Source of the DNA: a virus
Lineage: Duplodnaviria; Caudoviricetes
DNA length: 24,794 nucleotides
IMG/VR virus record: IMGVR_UViG_3300021560_000734
Coordinates: 1-24,794 of that record
Direction: 5' to 3' (one strand)
How positions within the stretch are numbered: position 1 is the first letter of the stretch; each line of letters begins with the position of its first letter. The position numbers and the translations under genes are program-made. This document shows positions 19,284-24,794 of this stretch, piece after piece. A model generated the notes under the pieces. It was not told the origin of the DNA, did no database searches, and was given only the letters and a program-made list of their open reading frames with translations.

Positions 19284-19640
19284 TCAGTTCAACTTCGACT
19301 TCGGCCTGTTCTCGTCCTCCTCGGCCACCCTGATCTCCACCTCGGGCGGGATCACGCCGCGGTCCTTCATGTGATCGAGGATCATTTGCACCACGCCCGG
19401 TGCGGCGTGTGCCATCTCGTCCAGTGCCTCGCTGAACTTGCGTTTCATGTGCTCGGTCATGGCCTGGAACACGACGCACCAGAAACTTGTCGTCAAGGCG
19501 AAGGTGCTAAACGCAAACGAGAGGGCCGATGACGTCGTCCAGCCGTCGCTCACGCCGCGGATGAACGCAGCCACGGTGTTCACGGTCAGAAAAACCAGGG
19601 CGACCCCGGTCGAGATACGCAGCCAGAAGGCAGAGGCCAT
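19284..19640 (-). CDS. Two-TM membrane protein (118 aa)
   Basis: Two hydrophobic segments then a charged tail; GGAGGA RBS. Confidence 0.7.
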   Translation of the reverse strand: MASAFWLRISTGVALVFLTVNTVAAFIRGVSDGWTTSSALSFAFSTFALTTSFWCVVFQAMTEHMKRKFSEALDEMAHAAPGVVQMILDHMKDRGVIPPEVEIRVAEEDENRPKSKLN

Positions 19641-19650
19641 ACGGGTCCTC

Positions 19651-20067
19651 CTATGGGCGCGGCGTCCCCTGTTCGTCGATGGCGGTGATGAGCCGCATGA
19701 TGGCGGTGCGTATGGACGGACTCATATCATAGAGCGCACCTGCCATCTTCTGTCCCTCGCGGCGACCGAGGAAGTGGTCGACGGCGGCGTGGTTTGTCTT
19801 TCCCTGCGGATCGTCCGGCGCAGGCTGGCGGGCGAGCCCGCCGTAGAAGTAGGAGATCGGGACGTCGAGGATGCCGGCGAGCTGCCACAGCCGGCCGGCG
19901 CCGACCCGGTTCTTGCCGCTCTCCATCTTCTGCACTTGCTGGAAGGTGAGGCCGAGGCTCTGGCCGAGCACCTGCTGCGCCATCCCGAGCGCAACACGGC
20001 GCTGGCGGATCTTCTGCCCTACGGCATAGTCGATGCGTCCCTCGTCGTTGAGGTCGCCCTTCATCAT
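19651..20067 (-). CDS. XRE/Cro-CI family HTH regulator (alphaproteobacterial PraR/PhrR-like type)
   Basis: D..VG.KIR.RR..LGM.Q..LG..LGLTFQQVQK.E.G.NRVGAGRL..LA..LDVP.SYFY signature. Confidence 0.9.
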   Translation of the reverse strand: MMKGDLNDEGRIDYAVGQKIRQRRVALGMAQQVLGQSLGLTFQQVQKMESGKNRVGAGRLWQLAGILDVPISYFYGGLARQPAPDDPQGKTNHAAVDHFLGRREGQKMAGALYDMSPSIRTAIMRLITAIDEQGTPRP

Positions 20068-20261
20068 CAGACTCTCCGCGCCCCCGCGGACGGCTTGGTC
20101 TTATTGTGGGAACTCCAACCTTCTCTCGTCCCCTCCAACCACGCGCGTTTCAAAACACACGTTTATACTGTTTGTCGCAACATCGTCTCGCACACATGAC
20201 GTGTCAATAATTGATTTATTCGTCGTTGAAAAAACATCGGAGGTGTCGGATTTCGACATTG

Positions 20262-20651
20262 TCATTTATACGTATCTACACGCGACAGCGCGGCGGCGTA
20301 CTCGAAGATGATCTGGCGCAGACGCCGGATGCTTTCATCGCGTATCGGTGCCTCGAACATCTGCGGATTGATGTGCAGGCCGATGTCGTCCCGGCGCACG
20401 ATTTCTTTCGTCGTGAGGTACGCGAGCCGAGGCAGCAACGTCGTGCGTGGCATTCCCAGATGGACGGAGAGGCTCGACGCGGTGAGCGGCCCGGCCTCTC
20501 TCTCTGCGATGTAGATCGTCGTCAGGATCACAAGGATCTCGACGCATTCCATGAAGGCCAAATCGGGAAAGGTGTTCGCGCCCAGACGCAGAATGGCATG
20601 CAGCATTCTTCCGATGATCAATCGTGTCTCGGCAAACGGAACGTCGTCCAT
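20262..20651 (-). CDS. Winged-helix DNA-binding protein (MarR/IclR-like fold)
   Basis: PLTASSLSVHLGMPRTTLLPRLAYL...IVRR helix-turn-helix-wing. Start uncertain (ATG 20651 has a GGAAGGGG RBS; the track gives 20696). Confidence 0.7.
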   Translation of the reverse strand: MDDVPFAETRLIIGRMLHAILRLGANTFPDLAFMECVEILVILTTIYIAEREAGPLTASSLSVHLGMPRTTLLPRLAYLTTKEIVRRDDIGLHINPQMFEAPIRDESIRRLRQIIFEYAAALSRVDTYK

Positions 20652-20758
20652 GGGATCGCCCCTTCCCATCCGGTTCCAGAGTCTGATACGCGACACAGAA
20701 CAGGCAGCGCAGCGCCGTTGGCGGCGCAGCCTGACGCAAAAGTCGAAAAGGCTTGGTT

Positions 20759-21160
20759 TCAGGTATGGCCGTTCGGCTTGCGCCGGACCTTGCGTTTCTT
20801 CCGGCCGCGGCCTTGCTTGAGCAGCCAGTCGGCCTGCTTCTCGATCTCTTTGTCATAGTCGAGTTCGCGGGCGCGCACGTAGCCGACGACAACGTGCCCG
20901 TCCCGGGTCAATTCGTCGCGCCGCACGTATCCCAGCGCGGCGGCACATTGGGTCGATGACGCGTTCTGCGGACAGCGCGTTTTTCCGTTGAACCAGTTGG
21001 CAAAAGTCTGCGCCGCCAATCCCGTGATGGCAGCAGCGCGGCTGTTGTTGAGGTGGTTCTCGGCCTGGACGATGGTGCGCAGCGCGTCCACCATCGGATC
21101 TTGATCGCGTATCCACCTGATGTTGCGGTAGTCGCGAATGACGCGGACCTTCATCGCCAT
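20759..21160 (-). CDS. Cro/XRE-like HTH protein with basic C-terminal tail
   Basis: LNNSRAAAITGLAAQTFANWFNGKTRCPQ...AAALG HTH pattern; ATG overlaps the upstream TGA. Confidence 0.7.
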   Translation of the reverse strand: MAMKVRVIRDYRNIRWIRDQDPMVDALRTIVQAENHLNNSRAAAITGLAAQTFANWFNGKTRCPQNASSTQCAAALGYVRRDELTRDGHVVVGYVRARELDYDKEIEKQADWLLKQGRGRKKRKVRRKPNGHT

Positions 21161-21558
21161 CACACGTACCTCGCGCGATCACGTCCCTTTTTGGTGAGCG
21201 AGTAGCCGTTTTCGCCGCCCTGGATCAGTCCATCCTTCCTGACCATATGGAGAACGTAACTGATGGACTTGCCCGAGCGCCCGGCATTCTCGAATGCCTT
21301 TGCGATGTCGGTGCTTCTCATCGGCTTTTTCTTGAGCAACCTGAGGAGAAGGTCGGCCGCGACTTCCTCGCCGACGAACGGTGGCTTGCGCCCCGGCTTG
21401 TGCGCACCATTGGGGGCCGATTTGGCGGGAGCTGATTTGGATGCATCGCCGAGCAGCAAGTCGCACCGTGCGACGCCAGGCGTGCGGTGCAGCATATTCA
21501 TCACATGGCCCAGCGCCACCTCCTCGACCTCCAGCAATATCTTGAATGTCTTTGGCAT
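21160..21558 (-). CDS. Two-domain protein with C-terminal winged helix (132 aa)
   Basis: PMRSTDIAKAF...SGKSISYVLHMVRKDGLI...GYSLTKKG is a typical wHTH wing. ATG 21558 preferred over the track's 21645. Confidence 0.7.
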   Translation of the reverse strand: MPKTFKILLEVEEVALGHVMNMLHRTPGVARCDLLLGDASKSAPAKSAPNGAHKPGRKPPFVGEEVAADLLLRLLKKKPMRSTDIAKAFENAGRSGKSISYVLHMVRKDGLIQGGENGYSLTKKGRDRARYV

Positions 21559-21904
21559 CGATCCATCTCGCAGTTGGCCCCAGGGTTCCCCGAGAGGTTG
21601 TTTATATGTAAGCGTCACACTTTGCGCAAAAATGTTGGTAGTCAAGGTGTCAATTGTACATATGTTTAAAAATGATGGCGTGTCGGCGGTTGATATGGCA
21701 ATGTGTCAAAGTGAGCCAATAGCAAGGGAGAGCACCAGGTTAAAAGAGGCGAGCCGGACAACTTGAAACGCGCCAGACACCGGTAGCGAGCCATCTATGG
21801 CGATAGCGCCAAATCTCCATGAGCGAGCCACGGTTCAACTGAGAGTGCCAGAATGTGGGTGCGAGCCGTTCTTCGTGAGAGTACCAAAGGGAATGAGCGT
21901 ACGG

Positions 21905-21964
21905 GGGAGCGTCGCAGGGAGCCCGGGTTTGTTGGATCGGGCTCGGGTTTCCTGCGGCGATCCT
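21905..21964 (+). other. Long RNA hairpin inserted in the array
   Basis: 21906-21931 pairs with 21938-21963 over 26 positions, with seven G-U pairs and one G-A mismatch; 6-nt loop TTGGAT. It folds fully only on the + strand. Confidence 0.8.
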
Positions 21965-22010
21965 AAGCGAGCCTGATCAGGATGAGTGCACCATAGATGA
22001 CGAGCGTCTC

Positions 22011-22220
22011 ATGACTGCGACGATCTACGTCAAAGCGACTGTCCCCGACGAGCTTGCGCAGAACTGGCTCCAGCATCTGCGCGACTTCGATGCTACCAAT
22101 CCCAACTGTCATTTTGAAGTCGTGGTCGAGAGTGAAACGAAATCGGTCGGCGACGTCATGCGTACGATCGACATCAATCCGCCGCTCGACCTGCAACTGT
22201 TCGCGCGGCGGAAGACGTGA
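22011..22220 (+). CDS. Small hypothetical protein (69 aa) embedded in the array
   Basis: ATG lies 4 nt after a half edge repeat; the TGA stop is inside the next edge repeat (GTGAGCCA). Protein-like composition; fills the array gap exactly. Confidence 0.7.
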   Translation: MTATIYVKATVPDELAQNWLQHLRDFDATNPNCHFEVVVESETKSVGDVMRTIDINPPLDLQLFARRKT

Positions 22221-22366
22221 GCCAAGAGTAAACGAGAGCACCATAAGCAGGGAGCGAACCATCGAACCCTGAGAGCACCAGGAGATGTGAGTCGGGAGCC
22301 TGGTCAAGCGAACGCACCAAAGAGTCAGGAGCGAGCCAGCATGATCGAGTGCACCATGTCCCATGA

Positions 22367-22397
22367 GCGCCATCCTACGGGGTGGCGTACTTTCTTT
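22367..22397 (+). terminator. Intrinsic terminator closing the array transcript
   Basis: gcgccatcc-TACG-gggtggcgt 9-bp stem with a C(UACG)G tetraloop, followed by ac-TTTCTTT (22391-22397). Confidence 0.75.
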
Positions 22398-22406
22398 GGT
22401 CACGCT

Positions 22407-22600
22407 CTGCATCACAAACTGCATCACACAAAACTGAAAAACACTAGTAATATCAATAGCTGATGGCTAAAGTTGGCGCGCATCGCCCGCTCCACTGACA
22501 CACAAAATTTGCAAGCAGTCACAGCTAGTTAACTGTTCTCGCAGGAGGAATATTGACAATTGCGCCACAAATGGCCACACAAACCGTATCACAAACCAAA
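22407..22600 (+). other. Putative attP: tRNA-Gly 3'-end-like core (CATCGCCCGCTCCA, 22481-22494) flanked by arm-type repeats
   Basis: The core equals the typical 3' end of tRNA-Gly genes including CCA. CACA(CA)AA-type direct repeats lie on both sides (ctgcatcaca at 22407 and 22419; gccacaaa, gccacacaaac, gtatcacaaac in 22564-22595). IHF-like TATCAAtagcTGA at 22451. Directly upstream of the integrase. Confidence 0.7.
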
Positions 22601-22615
22601 CTGCGAGGAGTCACC

Positions 22616-24025
22616 ATGTCCACCTATCTCATGCAGCGCGGCGGAATGTGGCACTACCGTCGTCGCGTCCCGGGCGACTTCGCCCACCTTGATCCGCGCC
22701 CGTTCATTACACAGTCGACCAAAATCAAAGTCCGCCACGATCCGCGCGGTGTGAAGGCGGCGCTGATCGCTGAGCGCATCAATGTCGAAACCGAACGCTA
22801 CCTCGCCGGCGTTCTCCAGGGCGACCACGCGGCAGCCAAGGCGCGCTACGACGATGCCGTGCGCCGCGTCCGTGCACTCGGCCTCAACTGGGTTGGGCTT
22901 GGCGTGCTATCTGATGATAGCCAGATCGTTGAACTGCAACGACACGTCGCTGCACTCACCAAGGAGATTGCAATCGGGCGCGCCAATCCTAGCATGGCAG
23001 CAACATACGCCCCGCAAGTCGCTGCCGTGCTCGGCGCAGTCGCGCCCGCCACCATGCGCATCTCGGAGATGCCCGCCGCGTTCGAGGAACTCAAGGAAAT
23101 CGCGAGCAGCAACAAATCGCCAGCGCAAAAGAAAAAGTGGAAAGCATTTCGCGAACGCAGCGTGAAGTACTTCATCGAGGCGATCGGCGAGGATAAGGAC
23201 CTCTCCGCGGTTGGCCACGATGACGTGCGCACGTATGTCGACTGGTGGAAGGCCGGGATCAAGGCCGGGAAATGGACCGCCGGTTATGCCAACAAGGATT
23301 TTGGATCGCTCGGCGGTATGTACAAGAAACTGCGCAAGCACAATCGCTGGGACCACCTTGACCAACGTCTATTTGACGACATCATGATCGAGCAGCCGAA
23401 GGTGCAGAACAAGGAAGAAAAGCGTAAGTGGCCGGCGTTCAGCACCGAGTTCATCCAGACGAAGTTGCTTGCTGATGGCGCGTTCGACAAACTCAACGCC
23501 CAGGCGCGGCGCGCATTCTTCGTTATGATTGAAACCGGCATGCGGCCGGAGGAGGTGGTGAATCTGCGTCGCGGCCATATCTGCCGCGACCACAACATCC
23601 CGCATCTCGAAGTGAAGGCCGAGGATCGCGAGGTCAAGACCGCAAATTCCATCCGCGACATTCCGCTGGTCGGCGTCTCGCTTGCGGCCGTCGACGCAGC
23701 TCTCGCCGATCTGCGAGAGGACGAGGATCGGCTTTTCCCGAACTACTATGACAATGCGAGCGGTTGGTCTGCCACCGTAGGCAAGCACCTGCGTGTCAAC
23801 AAGCTCAAGGAGACAGGGCGCCACGTCCCGTATTCGATCCGCCATTCCTTCAAGACCAGACTGCGCAAATATATGCTCGACCGCAACGGCTATCGCGGTG
23901 ACGAATTGCTTGACCTTATGATGGGGCATGATCAAGGCAAGGAGGACTACGGCGAGATCGACCTGGAGCAAAAGTTGGAATGGACGCTCGACATGATGTT
24001 CAAGGAATGGCCACGCAATCTGTGA
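22616..24025 (+). CDS. int: Tyrosine recombinase / phage integrase with DUF6538-like N-terminal arm-binding domain (469 aa)
   Basis: YLMQRGGMWHYRRRVP N-terminus; catalytic motifs TGMRPEE (R), VKT (K), YSIRHSF (R), LMMGH (H) and EDYG (Y). GAGGAG RBS before ATG 22616. Confidence 0.93.
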   Translation: MSTYLMQRGGMWHYRRRVPGDFAHLDPRPFITQSTKIKVRHDPRGVKAALIAERINVETERYLAGVLQGDHAAAKARYDDAVRRVRALGLNWVGLGVLSDDSQIVELQRHVAALTKEIAIGRANPSMAATYAPQVAAVLGAVAPATMRISEMPAAFEELKEIASSNKSPAQKKKWKAFRERSVKYFIEAIGEDKDLSAVGHDDVRTYVDWWKAGIKAGKWTAGYANKDFGSLGGMYKKLRKHNRWDHLDQRLFDDIMIEQPKVQNKEEKRKWPAFSTEFIQTKLLADGAFDKLNAQARRAFFVMIETGMRPEEVVNLRRGHICRDHNIPHLEVKAEDREVKTANSIRDIPLVGVSLAAVDAALADLREDEDRLFPNYYDNASGWSATVGKHLRVNKLKETGRHVPYSIRHSFKTRLRKYMLDRNGYRGDELLDLMMGHDQGKEDYGEIDLEQKLEWTLDMMFKEWPRNL

Positions 24026-24028
24026 TGG

Positions 24029-24244
24029 TCAGGGGCCAGCCCCGGTGTGCCCGTTCGCGTGCAACAGATGACGAATGCGCTCGCGGGCGTCACCGCGGGC
24101 GCGCACTTTCGCGAGCCTCCGCTCCACGTTCTCGAACAGCGGAATGTATTGCGGCCCGTACACCTCGACGATGAACGCCAGCATCCACAGCGTTTCCTCC
24201 AGCACCGCCTCCGTCAGTTCGCTCTCGTCCTTGACCGGCTTCAT
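24029..24244 (-). CDS. Small helical hypothetical protein (71 aa)
   Basis: MKPVKDESELTEAVLEETLW...YGPQYIPLFENVERRL; ATGA overlap with the upstream gene; ends 3 nt from the int stop. Confidence 0.7.
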   Translation of the reverse strand: MKPVKDESELTEAVLEETLWMLAFIVEVYGPQYIPLFENVERRLAKVRARGDARERIRHLLHANGHTGAGP

Positions 24245-24564
24245 CGTGCTGCCTTCCCGGCCGCGTTGCGTTCGCGGGCTTCGCTGCGGCGGGTGTTCAG
24301 GGCGTCGAGGTCCATCCGCTCGGTCTGGTTCCAGAACGCCTCCACGTCGGCCCGGGTGAACGCCCGGTGACGGCTCGACGTGCCGACGCCGCGCTGGTGG
24401 AAGTTGAGGACGCCGCTCTCGCAGAACCGCACCAGCGTGCGCGGCGAATAGCCGAGCGCCGCCGCGAGCTGCGCCAGGTTGAGATAGATCTTGCCCTCGA
24501 ACGCCTTGCGCACATGGTCGGGCAGATCGTACTTGCTGCGCGTGATCTTCCTGCGCCGGGTCAA
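24241..24564 (-). CDS. Excisionase-like HTH (MerR/HTH_17-type) protein (107 aa)
   Basis: YLNLAQLAAALGYSPRTLVRFCESGVL...HRAFTRADVEAF; close to int; TTG start coupled to the upstream stop. Confidence 0.75.
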   Translation of the reverse strand: MTRRRKITRSKYDLPDHVRKAFEGKIYLNLAQLAAALGYSPRTLVRFCESGVLNFHQRGVGTSSRHRAFTRADVEAFWNQTERMDLDALNTRRSEARERNAAGKAAR

Positions 24565-24794
24565 TGTTTTGCTCCCTCGGTCGCCTCGTCCGCCTCGTCG
24601 ACCATCTCGTCCAGCAGGCTATGCAGATCGGCCCGGGTGAAATCTGCCGAGTGCGACACGCTGCGCGCAAAGTAGAGAAGCTCCGCCGTGAGAAACCGCG
24701 CCACGGTGTTCCGGTCGAGGTCGTTTTCCTTCGCGTAGGCCAGGATCTCCGTCACGGCACGCCCGATCCCGGCCGCGGCGACCATGCAGAAGAA
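24561..24794 (-). CDS. Hypothetical protein, probably 5'-truncated by the window edge
   Basis: Frame stays open past ATG 24785 to the window end; its stop overlaps the start of the excisionase-like gene. Confidence 0.65.
   Translation of the reverse strand, partial: FFCMVAAAGIGRAVTEILAYAKENDLDRNTVARFLTAELLYFARSVSHSADFTRADLHSLLDEMVDEADEATEGAKH

Larger units (their letters stand above)
21709..22369 (+). ncRNA. TIGR-like dual-repeat guide-RNA array: 10 units of 36-40 nt in three blocks (21709-21899, 21965-22006, 22215-22369)
   Basis: Edge repeat (consensus GAGCGAGCCA) alternates strictly with loop repeat (consensus GAGAGCACCA; copies at 21728, 21766, 21802, 21841, 21877, 21984, 22234, 22271, 22310, 22347). 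They are separated by 20 distinct 8-10 nt spacers. The array itself is directly visible; the TIGR identity is inferred from architecture. Confidence 0.8.
1..24794. mobile_element. Temperate phage genome segment (podovirus-like virion module, early genes, attP-int-xis)
   Basis: Tightly packed, often overlapping ORFs, virion-type proteins, DUF927-like helicase, HTH regulators and tyrosine integrase. No host housekeeping gene anywhere in the window. Confidence 0.92.

Noticed and set aside
19284-19640. Holin
   Set aside because: Two TM segments fit, but it lies in the early leftward block with no endolysin nearby; unsupported.
21709-22369. CRISPR array
   Set aside because: Repeats are only 10 nt and of two alternating types, spacers are 8-10 nt, and there are no cas genes; incompatible with CRISPR geometry.
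21963-22427. 154-aa minus-strand ORF (and 22054-22272 +) across the array
   Set aside because: Translation just reflects the repeats (recurring MVLS/LVRS-like words). It is antisense to the better 69-aa ORF and to the strand indicated by the hairpins.
22430-22500. Complete tRNA gene
   Set aside because: Only the last 14 nt resemble tRNA-Gly; no T-loop GTTCGA, anticodon arm or D arm upstream.
23830-23850. Integrase has YxxR instead of HxxR, possibly inactive
   Set aside because: This substitution is common in this integrase group and the other catalytic residues (R, K, R, H, Y) are present.

Overview
GC-rich segment of a temperate, probably podovirus-like phage; the host is likely an alphaproteobacterium (Hyphomicrobiales-type XRE regulator and integrase). 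1-15238 (+) is a virion module: collagen-like fibre, nozzle/tail-tubular-like protein and three large Gly/Ala-rich putative ejection proteins. 15314-21558 (-) is an accessory/early block: a secreted HEXXH metallopeptidase, small hypotheticals, a DUF927-type P-loop helicase and four consecutive HTH proteins. 22407-24794 is the integration module: a putative intact attP with a tRNA-Gly-like 3' core, a tyrosine integrase and a convergent excisionase-like gene. The main finding is at 21709-22397: a non-CRISPR array of ten 36-40 nt units, each with two alternating 10-nt repeats (GAGCGAGCCA / GAGAGCACCA) and two unique 8-10 nt spacers. It is interrupted at mid-repeat by a long G-U-rich hairpin and by a 69-aa ORF, and closed by a UACG-loop terminator. 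The architecture matches TIGR (tandem interspaced guide RNA) arrays, but I see no Nop-domain Tas gene in this window. All calls are by eye; no searches were run.
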